Part shown: positions 37,987 to 48,624 of the stretch, one piece after another
Numbering within the stretch: the first letter of the stretch is position 1
Layout: each line of letters starts with the position of its first letter
NCBI GenBank assembly: GCA_945881775.1
Contig: CAMCVE010000007.1
Span: 32,671 to 96,670 of the forward strand
Direction: 5' to 3'
Length of the DNA: 64,000 nucleotides
Source of the DNA: Bacteriovorax stolpii
GTDB lineage: Bacteria; Bdellovibrionota; UBA2428
Position numbers and translations under genes: made by a program
Notes under the pieces: generated by a model
Told to the model about the DNA's origin: nothing
The model's database searches: none
Seen by the model: only the letters and a program-made list of their open reading frames with translations

Positions 37987-38628
37987 TCACCAACTCGCCA
38001 TCGACCCAAAATGAGAGCGGATCGCAAACACTGCGAGATATCCCACGAGCCACACCCAGATCCTTAGATCCGAGAACACGGCAAGCGTAAGATCAAAATC
38101 AGGTCGAGTGGCATTGGTCGCGGCGACGCTCGAGGGAATCCATCGCCGCACGCGCTGGGCATAGCGAAGGTACCGAGTGCCGTGCCGAATCACGAGATTG
38201 CGCTCGTAAGAAATCGAAACAAAAGACATGTGAATGATGCAGACCAAGGCTACGACCGAGGTGTACCATCCGGGAAACCTCAGGAGGATGGCGGCTGCGG
38301 TGTAAGCAAGCACGCACGACAACTCAACGGGGTTTCGAACATAGCGGTAAGGCCCATTGACGATGAATTCCTTTTCGCGTCCATAGCCCATACTCCACCA
38401 ACGGATCCCGAGGGCGCCCAGGGCTATAGGAATAGAGATCGCAAAATACAGAGCCAGCGAGGACTCGGAGCCTTGGATTGAATGAGGTCCAAAAAGAAAG
38501 ATGAGGAGAATGGGAATTCCGAAATGCTGACTCACGCGACTCCATTTTGCCGCGGCGCCAACCAAGGGGGATTCCTTAAAAACTCGCCCTTCAAGAACCT
38601 CGTTGATACCGGAGTTGTGTTTGCCCAT
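37987..38628 (-). CDS. Isoprenylcysteine carboxyl methyltransferase (ICMT)/PEMT-family membrane methyltransferase
   Basis: VNGPYRYVRNPVELSCVL motif with 4-5 TM helices. Confidence 0.65.
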   Translation of the reverse strand: MGKHNSGINEVLEGRVFKESPLVGAAAKWSRVSQHFGIPILLIFLFGPHSIQGSESSLALYFAISIPIALGALGIRWWSMGYGREKEFIVNGPYRYVRNPVELSCVLAYTAAAILLRFPGWYTSVVALVCIIHMSFVSISYERNLVIRHGTRYLRYAQRVRRWIPSSVAATNATRPDFDLTLAVFSDLRIWVWLVGYLAVFAIRSHFGSMASW

Positions 38629-38651
38629 GACTCACGCTATTTCAGAATATC

Positions 38652-40274
38652 ATGACTCCCCTCAAAGCCGAGATTCGTTTCAAAAAAATCACCTCCCTCG
38701 CTAAGCACAACGGCACAGGCACGCTCGTCGTTGCCTTCCACCAAGAAGCCAAGGCCGAGGGATCTCCGCATCTCTTGCTCGGTCTTCGCAAACTCAAGGA
38801 GCTTCAGCCGCTGACGACTGCTCTCAAGAAGCTTTCTCGTTTCAAGGCCGCAGCAGGCGAAGGCCTTGCCCTTTATCAACAAAGCTCCAGCCTTCTCAAA
38901 GAGATTCCAGCCTTCGAAGACCTGATGCTCTTTGGACTCGGAAAAATCGAGAAGCCCACCCTTCAGGACATTCTTGTTCTCGGAGCCAAGCTCGGACAAG
39001 AACTCCGCAACAACAAGATCACGTCTGCCGAAGTCTTTGTTGATTCGTTCCTCTTTGCGCCCACGGCGCCTGCTGTTGATTTCGCCGGCCGCAAAAATCT
39101 TGCGGGAAAGATCGAGAAAGAAGATCTTCTGGAGAAACTTCTCGTGGGTCTCCAACTGGGCCTCTACAGCTTCGACAATTACAAATCCAAAAAGAAAGAT
39201 GGAAGCAAAGCCGAGGCCATCGAAATTCGTTTGCTGAGCTCTAGTCTCAGCGAAAGCCAAGCCAAACAGATCCTCGATCGCGTGCTCGTAGCGTCTGAGA
39301 GCACCTACATCGCACGCGACCTGATGAACACTCCCGCCAACGACTTGCGCCCGAGCGACCTCGCAAAGCGCGCCACGGAGCTCGGCAAAAAGGCCGGCTT
39401 CAGCACCACAGTGTGGGACGAGAAGAAACTCGAATCAGAACAGATGAACGGCATTCTTGCTGTCGGCAAAGGTTCTTCTGCGCCTCCTCGACTGATCGTC
39501 ATGCAACACAACGCGAGCAAGAAGGGCGTCCCCACGCTCGTGCTTGTCGGCAAAGGCATCACCTTCGACAGTGGCGGCATCAGCATCAAGCCCGCAGCCG
39601 GTATGGAGTACATGAAGATGGACATGGGGGGCTCCGCATCCGTGATTGCCGCCATGTACGGGATTGGAAAATCCAAACTTCCGATCCGCGTGATCGGCAT
39701 CGTCGCTTCTGCTGAAAACATGGTCAGTGGCGACGCCACTCGCCCGGGTGATATCTACAAAGCTTACGGCGGCAAGACCGTCGAAGTGCTCAACACCGAC
39801 GCCGAAGGGCGACTCGTCCTTGCGGACGCCCTCGAGTACGCCAAGAGCTTCAAACCCAACGCTGTTGTCGATGTCGCAACTCTCACGGGAGCCGTTATGG
39901 TCGCTCTCGGAGGCGCTTGCTCTGGCATCATGGGCAACAACGCCGCCCTCATCAAAGCCTTCCACGAAGCCTCAGCCGCCCAAGGCGAGAGAACTTGGGA
40001 GCTCCCGCTCTTTGAAGTCTACGCCGACGACATGCGCTCCAAGATCGCCGACTTGCAGAACATCGGCTCGAGCCGCAATGCCGGCAGCCAAAAAGGTGGA
40101 GCCTTCTTGCACGCCTTTGTTGAGGACTCGTATCCGTGGCTTCACGTCGACATTGCGGGCGTGATGGATGCGACCAAAGAGCAAGGTGCTCACTGCCCCG
40201 GCGGCGGCACCGGCATGCCCACACGCTCACTCATCGAGCTCGCAGCGAATTTCAAAAAGTATTTTAAGAACTAA
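38652..40274 (+). CDS. pepA: Leucyl aminopeptidase (M17)
   Basis: NTDAEGRLVLADAL signature and full M17 catalytic domain. Confidence 0.9.
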   Translation: MTPLKAEIRFKKITSLAKHNGTGTLVVAFHQEAKAEGSPHLLLGLRKLKELQPLTTALKKLSRFKAAAGEGLALYQQSSSLLKEIPAFEDLMLFGLGKIEKPTLQDILVLGAKLGQELRNNKITSAEVFVDSFLFAPTAPAVDFAGRKNLAGKIEKEDLLEKLLVGLQLGLYSFDNYKSKKKDGSKAEAIEIRLLSSSLSESQAKQILDRVLVASESTYIARDLMNTPANDLRPSDLAKRATELGKKAGFSTTVWDEKKLESEQMNGILAVGKGSSAPPRLIVMQHNASKKGVPTLVLVGKGITFDSGGISIKPAAGMEYMKMDMGGSASVIAAMYGIGKSKLPIRVIGIVASAENMVSGDATRPGDIYKAYGGKTVEVLNTDAEGRLVLADALEYAKSFKPNAVVDVATLTGAVMVALGGACSGIMGNNAALIKAFHEASAAQGERTWELPLFEVYADDMRSKIADLQNIGSSRNAGSQKGGAFLHAFVEDSYPWLHVDIAGVMDATKEQGAHCPGGGTGMPTRSLIELAANFKKYFKN

Positions 40275-40598
40275 CTATTGCCCAATAGATTCGACGATCG
40301 CCAGCCCGTCGTCTGATAGAGAGATCTCGACATCACTCGCATCGAGTTTGGCAATCTGCACGTCGCTGGGCCCCTTGACCTCCAACGTCACATCAACACT
40401 TTCGCCCACGGCAGTTTGAGATGTCGAAAGAGTCAGAAGGGATCGAGAATAATCTTGAAGTCTCCCAGAACTGCCGAGGACGACTTGCGAGTCTTGGCAC
40501 GCGGCGAATCCGACCGCCAAACAGCCGAGCATCAACAAACGCGCGAGAGTTCGGAAGAAATCCACACCACTATTGTAACGACTCGCTCGTGAGAGCAA
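40275..40598 (-). CDS. Small hypothetical lipoprotein
   Basis: LMLGCLAVGFAAC lipobox. 107 aa. Confidence 0.45.
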   Translation of the reverse strand: MLSRASRYNSGVDFFRTLARLLMLGCLAVGFAACQDSQVVLGSSGRLQDYSRSLLTLSTSQTAVGESVDVTLEVKGPSDVQIAKLDASDVEISLSDDGLAIVESIGQ

Positions 40599-40679
40599 TG
40601 TGAAGATCTGGCGAAAACAAGAATCCCTTCTCTGGCGCGAGCCGGAGAAGGGATTCTTGTTAAGAAACAGAGAAGAAAA

Positions 40680-40928
40680 TTAGTCGCGCTGATCGGGGGG
40701 CAACAAGTCATCGGGTTGATCGATATCCTTGATTTCCCAACCATCGGGAAGACGGCAACGACGCTCCGCGATTTCTCTGAGCGCGATCACGGGAGGCTTG
40801 TTGTGGGGAGCATCCACCTGAGGACGTGAGCCCTTCATGAGTTGCTTGGTTCGCTTGGACGCCAAATGAACCAATGAAAAGCGATTGGGGACTTGGGTGA
40901 GACAGTCTTCTACGGTTACGCGTGCCAT
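40680..40928 (-). CDS. rpoZ: DNA-directed RNA polymerase subunit omega
   Basis: [30 protein letters not shown] is a canonical RpoZ N-terminus. Confidence 0.9.
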   Translation of the reverse strand: MARVTVEDCLTQVPNRFSLVHLASKRTKQLMKGSRPQVDAPHNKPPVIALREIAERRCRLPDGWEIKDIDQPDDLLPPDQRD

Positions 40929-40959
40929 AAGTTGGATCTAACCTGCCAAAGAGCCAAGA

Positions 40960-41592
40960 TCAAGGCCTGATAGGCAAGGAGTCGGGATCGATCCAGTCGC
41001 CATGGGGGTCTCGACCCGTGAAACGGCCCAAATTGGCCGGGTAGATCTTCAACTGGTCCTCGGAGAGCACTTGGAAGCGAAAGAGCTTCTCCCGCTTCTC
41101 CAAAGGATCAAAGAGGCCGATCTCGACGTAGCCGTACGGTGTTTTGGGCTCACGGTGGGGACCAAAAACCTCGATCTTACGAATATCCGTAAAACCCACC
41201 TCCCCTTGGTCGGGTGTCGAGAGATTCCACTGGGGACGATGTAAATAAAGAAGCTTCGCAGCCGCTTTATCAAAAACGAGCTTCAGTTCTTCCTTGCGAA
41301 CACCAAAGACAAGGGCCCACACACCCAAGCCCGAAAGCGCGATCACCCACTTGAGCATCGCTTGCATGCGTAGGGCGTGGATGGTGGAAACCGTCCATTG
41401 GTTTTCGAAGAAAAACGCTGCAGGCACGGTCGTGAGATTCAGCGAGGCTGCAGCCAAAACCAATCCAAGAGCCAGGAGTCTTCCGCGAACGGGCCCCAAG
41501 GCCACGACCGGACGAGCCCACCGAGGGGCTTCGCCTTCCAGACGCAGCTCGAAAACGCCTTTTTCAACTTGAGCCGATGCGAGTTCCAACAT
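40960..41592 (-). CDS. Hypothetical membrane protein
   Basis: 210 aa with two TM segments. No family recognised. Confidence 0.45.
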   Translation of the reverse strand: MLELASAQVEKGVFELRLEGEAPRWARPVVALGPVRGRLLALGLVLAAASLNLTTVPAAFFFENQWTVSTIHALRMQAMLKWVIALSGLGVWALVFGVRKEELKLVFDKAAAKLLYLHRPQWNLSTPDQGEVGFTDIRKIEVFGPHREPKTPYGYVEIGLFDPLEKREKLFRFQVLSEDQLKIYPANLGRFTGRDPHGDWIDPDSLPIRP

Positions 41593-41628
41593 GACATCGA
41601 AGCTAGCAAAGGTTATCTCCTCTGGACA

Positions 41629-42588
41629 ATGCTCGTTTCCGAAAAGAAACTCAGTTCCGCAGACGGCGTCCTGCTTTGGCCTGCCACACGCGGAGTCTCC
41701 TACCAGACTGCTGGTGCCTTTCAGCGTTTAGGCGGACGTCTTTCAGGCGTCGTTTCGCCTCAAGAAATAAACAGCCTCCCCTCAAGTCTCCCCCTGAAGA
41801 TCGTGGAGTTGCAGGCAGGCCGCTCCCCGCTCGAGATTTTTGGCGAGAAGCCCGCCTTTAGGACCCTGATCTGGACACCCCACCCCTGGTTAAGCTGGAA
41901 CGAGACGCCCGAAGCTTCCGAAGCTCATTCCGTAATTGAAACAGTCCGCTATATGACTTCGCTCGACCCCGATTTCCACCCTATCTTTGTGGTGCCCCAA
42001 CGCAGTGCCCGCTCACTTCTCTCCGATCTGCAAGCCTCCTCTCCCCGAGCCACCCTCTTGCTGTGCCCGATGGCTTTTGGATTCCGCGATGACGCACTTT
42101 TTGACCAAAGTCTGCAGTCCCTCAAACAAAATCCCGCCCAGCTTCGCCTTGCCTCTAAGGACGCCAGGCTTTCTCGCCCCATTCACGCGCTCTCGTTTTC
42201 TGACCTCGCTGCACACCTGATTGTCGCTCCTCAGAACGAGTCCCTGATGGGCAAAAATATTTGGATTCAAGGAGCCGAATGGACGCTCTCAGAATGGCTG
42301 CAAGAATTCTCGAGCGCCTTCCCCCGGAGCCCGGGTCGACTGGATCAGCTTCGAGCGTGGCTCCAGAGAATCGGACCCCTCCCCGAGGAACTTCTTGGCC
42401 GCCTCTTCGCCTCAAGCGAAAGTCTCGCCAAGTCCCCCACACCTTCGCTCGATTTCGTGGTCCACTCTGAAGCCGAATTCTTTCCGTCTCCAGCCCCTCA
42501 ACTGCGCCGAGTTCTCGAGCAGCACTCTCAAGCCTTCACGCGTTTTCCTGAACTCGAACTCGTATTCACGCCCGGGCGCGGTCTCTAA
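41629..42588 (+). CDS. Hypothetical protein (319 aa)
   Basis: Start trimmed to MLVSEKKL so that it does not overlap the divergent upstream gene. No motif recognised. Immediately precedes trmB. Confidence 0.45.
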   Translation: MLVSEKKLSSADGVLLWPATRGVSYQTAGAFQRLGGRLSGVVSPQEINSLPSSLPLKIVELQAGRSPLEIFGEKPAFRTLIWTPHPWLSWNETPEASEAHSVIETVRYMTSLDPDFHPIFVVPQRSARSLLSDLQASSPRATLLLCPMAFGFRDDALFDQSLQSLKQNPAQLRLASKDARLSRPIHALSFSDLAAHLIVAPQNESLMGKNIWIQGAEWTLSEWLQEFSSAFPRSPGRLDQLRAWLQRIGPLPEELLGRLFASSESLAKSPTPSLDFVVHSEAEFFPSPAPQLRRVLEQHSQAFTRFPELELVFTPGRGL

Positions 42589-42600
42589 AGGTCAGCAGAT

Positions 42601-43290
42601 ATGAATCGTTACTCGGAAGCTTTCGAGGAGCTGCGTCGCGAACAAGAAGGTCTCAAGGCCTCACAGCATCGCTCTCGTTTGTGGAACGATCTCGAGCTTC
42701 AGTACCACATTCCAACTCGCTCTCAGACTCTGAGTCTTGATCTGAAACAATCCATTCCCAACGAATTTCTCTCTTCACCTCTCGAAGTCGAGATCGGCCC
42801 CGGCAAGGGCGAGTTCATGGCTCGTCGGGCGGCGCGCTTCACGGATCGTTTCTTTATTGGAATCGATCGTCGCTCTGACCGCGTGAAATCAACTCAGAAC
42901 AAGCTGGGTCGGCAAGCGATCGACAACTGGGTCATCCTCCGCGAAGATGCCTGCAGCTTCGACCCGAATTCTCTTCCACCGATCGATGTCCTGCACTTCT
43001 ACCAGCCCGATCCCTGGCCGAAATTTCGGCACCACAAACACCGCTTCTTCCGCTCGCCCGAAGCAAGCGCTTTTGCCCACGCCGTTAAGCGCGGAGGCGA
43101 GTTCCGCCTCTCAACCGACCATCTGGGATATTTTTTGGAAATGCTCGATCTGATCAAAACTTGGGAGATTTTTGACCTCGTGACACTCTACGAAAAAAAC
43201 TGGGCCATGAGCGAACCCATGACCCATTTCGAAGGTTTCTTTATGAAGAAAAAAGAAACCGTTTTTAAGGCAATTTTTCGAAGGCGCTAG
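42601..43290 (+). CDS. trmB: tRNA (guanine46-N7)-methyltransferase
   Basis: EIGPGKGEF SAM motif and the FYQPDPWPK...HRFF TrmB signature. Confidence 0.85.
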   Translation: MNRYSEAFEELRREQEGLKASQHRSRLWNDLELQYHIPTRSQTLSLDLKQSIPNEFLSSPLEVEIGPGKGEFMARRAARFTDRFFIGIDRRSDRVKSTQNKLGRQAIDNWVILREDACSFDPNSLPPIDVLHFYQPDPWPKFRHHKHRFFRSPEASAFAHAVKRGGEFRLSTDHLGYFLEMLDLIKTWEIFDLVTLYEKNWAMSEPMTHFEGFFMKKKETVFKAIFRRR

Positions 43291-43631
43291 CCCGCTTTTC
43301 GGAAACGCTTCCACCCATCGGTCGGAAGCTCGCCTTCGAGCTCGCTGTCGATGTCCAGATCGAGCTCCCCAAGTCTCTCAGCAGCGTTAGAAGCAAAAGC
43401 TTCATCCACGCTTCCAAGATCATCGACAAGCCCCATCGGTCGAGCTTTGCGGCGAGGAATGTCCTCGGCCACGGCTTTGAGATTGGCCCGGGGTTTTTGG
43501 TCTCCTTCGGACTTGCCCTTAAGGACACTCAGAAAATGCAGACGGCAAAAACCCCTATTTGAAGGAGATTCAAAACAGCCCTCGTGCTTACATACCGCTT
43601 TTTTTGGACTTAATATCTTTGCTGCCGACAT
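43287..43631 (-). CDS. Hypothetical zinc-ribbon-like small protein
   Basis: CKHEGC...GFCRLH cysteine/histidine cluster followed by an acidic C-terminus. Confidence 0.4.
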   Translation of the reverse strand: MSAAKILSPKKAVCKHEGCFESPSNRGFCRLHFLSVLKGKSEGDQKPRANLKAVAEDIPRRKARPMGLVDDLGSVDEAFASNAAERLGELDLDIDSELEGELPTDGWKRFRKAG

Positions 43632-43777
43632 GAGACTTGCCCCCGTAGCCCTCAATTATCCGCCAATTTCAAAGCCAGGCACGTTAAGTTTTGGTGATCA
43701 CCCCTCAAGCATCCGATATCAGACCGGCCCCTGTCGCCCTTGTTTCCAACAAGAGCCTCCGCTACGAATAGGAAGCT

Positions 43778-45136
43778 ATGAAGGGCGTTTTCGTACAAAC
43801 CTTTGGCTGTCAGATGAATGCTTCGGATTCCGATCGCATGAAGGCCCTGCTTGCACCTCTAGGATACCTCGCTGTCGAGCGTCCCGAGGACGCCGAACTC
43901 GTCCTCATCAACACGTGCTCCATCCGCGAAAAAGCCGAACAGAAAATGAACGCTGTCGCGAACGATCTCAAGCGTCTCAAAGAACGTCGACCTGAGCTCG
44001 TTCTGGGAGTCACGGGCTGCGTCGCGCAACAAGAGAAAGAAGCTATCCGCAGGGAGCTCCCTTTTGTTGATATCGTTCTTGGACCCGACAACATCGACGA
44101 GCTCCCGTGGGCCCTCGAGCAGGTCTTGAGACCCAACTCGGAAGCCTATGTCAAAACCGAATTTGATCGCGAAGCGCGTGTCTGGAGCACCCGTACAGAA
44201 CTCCTAAACCCCGGAGTAAGCGCCTTCGTCTCCGTCATGAAAGGCTGCGACCACTTCTGCAGCTACTGCATTGTGCCGCACGTGAGAGGACGTGAAAAAT
44301 CTCGACCAATCCAAGACGTCATTAACGACGTAAAACTCCTCGTCGCCCAGGGTGTGAAAGAGGTCACGTTCCTAGGACAAAACATCAACACCTTCGGCAA
44401 AAGGGCCGGCGAGTCGTTGCACGAACTATTCTACCGCGCGCACGATATCGAGGGACTCGAGCGCATTCGCTTCACCACATCCCATCCCGGGGACCTCAAG
44501 GATGAGCTCATTCGATGTTTCCAGGAACTTCCCAAGCTCTGCAGCTACTTTCATCTTCCGGTGCAGTCAGGGTCCGACCGCATTCTGAAAACAATGCGCC
44601 GGTTCTACAGCATCGATCAGTACCGCGAACGTGTCAGCGCCCTTCGCCAGGCCCGCCGAGACATTGCGTTCTCCACTGATTTCATCGTTGGTTTCCCAGG
44701 TGAGACAGAGGAAGACTTTCTTCAAACTCTCGCGCTCGCCAAAGAGATCCGCTACGACAATGTCTACGCTTTTCTCTATTCTCCGCGCCCCGGCACATCG
44801 GCCGCGGAACGAGAAGATCTCACACCTGCTTCGGTTAAGCTCGAAAGACTATCTCGGCTTCAAAAACTGTCTCACCAAGAGAGCTGCGCCTTGCACGCGG
44901 CCGAGGTGGGTCAAATTCGTGAAATTTTGATCGAAGGACCTTCCAAGAAAGACCCGAGTCGCCTGACAGGACGCACGTCTCAGAACGTGCCCTGCCACGT
45001 CGATCCCGAAGACAGCCGGGGCCTGGGGAGAGGAGATTTGGTCGAAGTTTTGATTCTCGATTCCGCGCTCACCCACCTGAGCGGTCGTCTGGCGACTCAA
45101 GCTTCAAAAGCGGAAGTCCAATCCGAAACTCGTTGA
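43778..45136 (+). CDS. miaB: tRNA-2-methylthio-N6-dimethylallyladenosine synthase (radical SAM methylthiotransferase)
   Basis: N-terminal MTTase domain (FGCQMN), radical-SAM CDHFCSYC and a C-terminal TRAM domain. Confidence 0.9.
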   Translation: MKGVFVQTFGCQMNASDSDRMKALLAPLGYLAVERPEDAELVLINTCSIREKAEQKMNAVANDLKRLKERRPELVLGVTGCVAQQEKEAIRRELPFVDIVLGPDNIDELPWALEQVLRPNSEAYVKTEFDREARVWSTRTELLNPGVSAFVSVMKGCDHFCSYCIVPHVRGREKSRPIQDVINDVKLLVAQGVKEVTFLGQNINTFGKRAGESLHELFYRAHDIEGLERIRFTTSHPGDLKDELIRCFQELPKLCSYFHLPVQSGSDRILKTMRRFYSIDQYRERVSALRQARRDIAFSTDFIVGFPGETEEDFLQTLALAKEIRYDNVYAFLYSPRPGTSAAEREDLTPASVKLERLSRLQKLSHQESCALHAAEVGQIREILIEGPSKKDPSRLTGRTSQNVPCHVDPEDSRGLGRGDLVEVLILDSALTHLSGRLATQASKAEVQSETR

Positions 45137-45904
45137 GTAGTAGATCACCGAGCGCAAATGCACCCAGACGTTCCACGAAAGCCCGAGCGTGTCCCTCGGA
45201 TAGTGGCGAAGCTCAAAGCCCGTCAGCCCCGGAAGAGCCGTATCAAAACGATTGTATTGGTCCTCAATCACACTGAATCCGATCCGAGGCCCCAAAAGTG
45301 TTTCGCCGCGATATCCCAAGCGGAACAGCCACAACAACTGGACCGGGACCTCCCAGAAGGACTGTGCCGGCTTGCTGTAAAGAGTACCGTCTCCCAGGAG
45401 TACGGGCTTGGGATCGGCGCCGACGTGGTATTTAAACCCACTCCCAAACTCGAGTTGGTCCACGTTGGAATCGAAGACCCCGCGTCGCAGAAGATTCAGG
45501 CTCACAAGGCCCTCAGCACCCACACCAAAGGGCAAGACACCGTAGCTCGCTCCCAAGTGGAAATTCCATCTTGAAGTGTAAGCTCTCTCTCGCATGAGGG
45601 CGTAGAAGTAGTCATCGTAGTCACTGCGATCCACCCGGTAGAGATCCGCGAGATTCACTTGGATCCAACCTGTCTCGCCATTCCTCTTAAGAACCTGCAC
45701 AAAAGTTGTATCAACCGAGGTCCCAAGAACAAACACCGTCTCATCAGTTGTGACTTGGACAGAGGTGTCAGGCGAATCCGGAGAGGGTTGTGACTTTAAA
45801 AATACATTTTCACGGACGCGTGCATTGAGCTCGGAAAGAGCGAAGGCAGGTGCGCTCCAAAAAAAGGGCAATGTCAGAAAAACTATCAAGGCAAGTGTGC
45901 GCAT
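45104..45904 (-). CDS. Outer-membrane beta-barrel protein
   Basis: Signal peptide MRTLALIVFLTLPFFWSAPAFA and C-terminal ...SFGLDFRF, a similar ending to the OMP at 37409-37975. Confidence 0.6.
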   Translation of the reverse strand: MRTLALIVFLTLPFFWSAPAFALSELNARVRENVFLKSQPSPDSPDTSVQVTTDETVFVLGTSVDTTFVQVLKRNGETGWIQVNLADLYRVDRSDYDDYFYALMRERAYTSRWNFHLGASYGVLPFGVGAEGLVSLNLLRRGVFDSNVDQLEFGSGFKYHVGADPKPVLLGDGTLYSKPAQSFWEVPVQLLWLFRLGYRGETLLGPRIGFSVIEDQYNRFDTALPGLTGFELRHYPRDTLGLSWNVWVHLRSVIYYSTSFGLDFRF

Positions 45905-45924
45905 GCGGTCCCCTCTAATTCCTT

Positions 45925-47409
45925 TCATCCTGGGACGGTCCTTCCGTCCTGAATCTGTCCGTAGCTCCAAACTCCGAGCAGGACGATGATCCAACACAAC
46001 ACCAGCGGCACTCCCGCAGTGTAAACAAAAATTCCAAGAGCCCAGCCGATCAACGCACTCACGAAAAAAATCTTTCGGTAGCGATTCAGTGGCAAGAAGG
46101 GCTGGAGGTCTTTCATGGGACTGAGCCACCATCCCAGCCAAAGCCCCTCAGCGAAAAATCCGAACACAGCCGCCGCCATCCAGTGACCTTCGCTTGGAGC
46201 GGCAACCTGAGAAAGTGACAGAAGACCCACAAACATCGAGACGCATCGACTTCCCGTGAGCGCTGCAAGCAAGAGCCCTGTAAGAAAAGCCTTGAGCATG
46301 AGAATGCTCCAACCCGCATCTACGATCATGACAGCATTCAGCCATTCCCAGCCGCCAGCCACAACGAAAACGAGAGGAAGCAACAACGTCCAGATGCTGC
46401 CGCCCCAAATGAGATGTTTGCTCTCGCGGGTGGCCACACGAATGTAGTCGAGTCGACTCCACATCCGGGTCGGAAGCGTCGGCACCACGTCAGGGTCTAA
46501 GGTCTCATCCTGATCCGCTGCTTTGACTTGGCCTCGGAACACGAGAGACATCAAGAACGAAACACCCACAAACCGAAAACAAAGCGAACCCAAATAAACT
46601 TTCCACCAAGCAGCCTGGGGACCCCACTCAGAAATTCTCGATGCTAAGAAAAGAAAAACAGGCTCCAGCAGCAGACTGACACCCATAAATCCCACAAGCG
46701 ATCGATCACCCCAGCGACTCACTCCACGCCGAATCCACGGCCGCATCACAACGAGAAAGAGGAAAGAAAGAAGCGCCAAGCCTACGATCAGCATCTCGGG
46801 GCCAAGACTACGGGCACGCAACTCGCCCAAAAAAAGTCGAGATTCGTCCCAGAGATAGAACGGAACATCCAGCGGATTCCAACGGACCTGCCACAAAAGC
46901 ATCACGAGCACGGTGAGCAAGGCGCCCGTTCGAACGGGCAAAGCAAAGAACACCAATATCAGCGCAACCCAAAACCCGAGCAGGAGTGCGTTGTTAGTGA
47001 AACGCGACTCATAACGAAAGACTCGAGGTTCGGAGTCGAGATTGGTTTGCCACTCGATACGTCCGCTCAGGTTTTTCTCTTTCTCGAAAAAGCTTCGAAC
47101 CACTGGAACACCCGGAAGGTCAACGACCCGAAAATCTTTTTGCAACATCGACAAAAACAGATCCTCAAAAACACCCGAATCTCTTGATCTTTCGAAACGT
47201 AGTTCAGGACCCAGCTTCTTCAAATCCTGAAAATCTGGCGACAAGACCCATCCGCGGTAAACCTTGCGCAGCGCCTGGCGATTGACAGCATTGATGTCCA
47301 GACCGAGTCTCAAAATAAAAGGCAAAAAAGCCGCGAGAATCAAACACAACCACACCCAGCGTCGCTGTTTTTTGTTCTCACCCAAAGATGTGTGGCCCCG
47401 TGTCTGCAT
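45925..47409 (-). CDS. Hypothetical polytopic membrane protein (~494 aa)
   Basis: More than 10 predicted TM helices. Start trimmed to MQTRGHTS. Confidence 0.5.
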   Translation of the reverse strand: MQTRGHTSLGENKKQRRWVWLCLILAAFLPFILRLGLDINAVNRQALRKVYRGWVLSPDFQDLKKLGPELRFERSRDSGVFEDLFLSMLQKDFRVVDLPGVPVVRSFFEKEKNLSGRIEWQTNLDSEPRVFRYESRFTNNALLLGFWVALILVFFALPVRTGALLTVLVMLLWQVRWNPLDVPFYLWDESRLFLGELRARSLGPEMLIVGLALLSFLFLVVMRPWIRRGVSRWGDRSLVGFMGVSLLLEPVFLFLASRISEWGPQAAWWKVYLGSLCFRFVGVSFLMSLVFRGQVKAADQDETLDPDVVPTLPTRMWSRLDYIRVATRESKHLIWGGSIWTLLLPLVFVVAGGWEWLNAVMIVDAGWSILMLKAFLTGLLLAALTGSRCVSMFVGLLSLSQVAAPSEGHWMAAAVFGFFAEGLWLGWWLSPMKDLQPFLPLNRYRKIFFVSALIGWALGIFVYTAGVPLVLCWIIVLLGVWSYGQIQDGRTVPG

Positions 47410-47448
47410 AGCGACTTCGAAAAAAAATTCTGTTATCCCTAACTGTAT

Positions 47449-48624
47449 ATGAAAACTTTGATCTGCGCTCCTCGCCGGACTCCCATCGGATCTTTCCAAG
47501 GCTCTTTGGCACAGTTTAATGCACCGTCCCTAGGCGCCGCAACCATCCGCGCTTCTCTTGCGAGTTCCGGCCTGTCCCCTTCCAAGGTCGATGAAGTTTA
47601 CATGGGCTGCGTGCTTACGGCAGGCGTCGGGCAGGCACCGGCTCGCCAAGCTGCACTCGCCGCCGGTATTGATCGACACACTCCCTGCACCACGGTCGGA
47701 AAGGTCTGTGGTTCGGGCCTCAAGGCCGTCATGCTCGCTGACAGTGCCGTACGCGCGGGCCTCGTACGCTCCGCTGTCGCAGGTGGGATGGAATCCATGA
47801 GCCAATCTCCCTACCTTCTTCCCAAACTCCGAGACGGTCTGCGTATGGGAAACTCGGAGCTCATCGACTCCATGATCAAAGACGGTCTCTGGGACGTCTA
47901 CAATGATTTTCATATGGGAAACGCCACAGAAATTTGCGTACGTGAATACAAACTCACGCGTGAAGAGCAAGATGCCTACGCTCACTTGTCTTATGAGCGA
48001 GCGATCCGAGCTCAGAAAGCCAAACTTTTCTCAGATGAGATTGTGCCTCTCACCCTTAAAAGCAAAAAGGGCGACACCCTCATCTCTGAAGACGAAGGCC
48101 CGTCCCGCTACAAGCCCGAAAAAGCAGCAAGTCTCAAGCCTGCCTTCGAAGCAAACGGCACAGTCACACCGTTCAATGCCAGCTCCCTCAACGACGGAGC
48201 GGCAGCGCTCATCGTGTGTTCCGAAGAATTCGCCGCTCAAGAAAAACTCGTCCCCATGGCTCGAATCGTGTCCCAAGGTCAAGCCGCCCAAGCTCCCGAA
48301 TGGTTCACCACCGCGCCCACTCCTGCCATTCAGCAAGCACTAGGTCGTGCTCAACTTAAGGTTTCCGATATTGACCTCTGGGAAATCAACGAAGCTTTTG
48401 CGGCTGTTGCCATCGTCAATCAACGTCTGCTCGACATCGATCCCGCTCGAATCAATATCCGTGGTGGCGCAATTGCCCTGGGTCATCCCATAGGAGCCAG
48501 TGGCGCCCGCATCCTCGTGACCTTGCTCCATACCCTAACGCAAGAGAAGAAGCGCTATGGCTGCGCGAGTCTCTGCATCGGCGGCGGCGAAGGCGTTGCT
48601 CTGGTGGTCGAAAATCTTGCATGA
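47449..48624 (+). CDS. Acetyl-CoA C-acetyltransferase (thiolase II)
   Basis: Thiolase active-site Cys region (VCGSGLKAV), the C-terminal GGGEGVALVVE and full-length similarity. Confidence 0.9.
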   Translation: MKTLICAPRRTPIGSFQGSLAQFNAPSLGAATIRASLASSGLSPSKVDEVYMGCVLTAGVGQAPARQAALAAGIDRHTPCTTVGKVCGSGLKAVMLADSAVRAGLVRSAVAGGMESMSQSPYLLPKLRDGLRMGNSELIDSMIKDGLWDVYNDFHMGNATEICVREYKLTREEQDAYAHLSYERAIRAQKAKLFSDEIVPLTLKSKKGDTLISEDEGPSRYKPEKAASLKPAFEANGTVTPFNASSLNDGAAALIVCSEEFAAQEKLVPMARIVSQGQAAQAPEWFTTAPTPAIQQALGRAQLKVSDIDLWEINEAFAAVAIVNQRLLDIDPARINIRGGAIALGHPIGASGARILVTLLHTLTQEKKRYGCASLCIGGGEGVALVVENLA

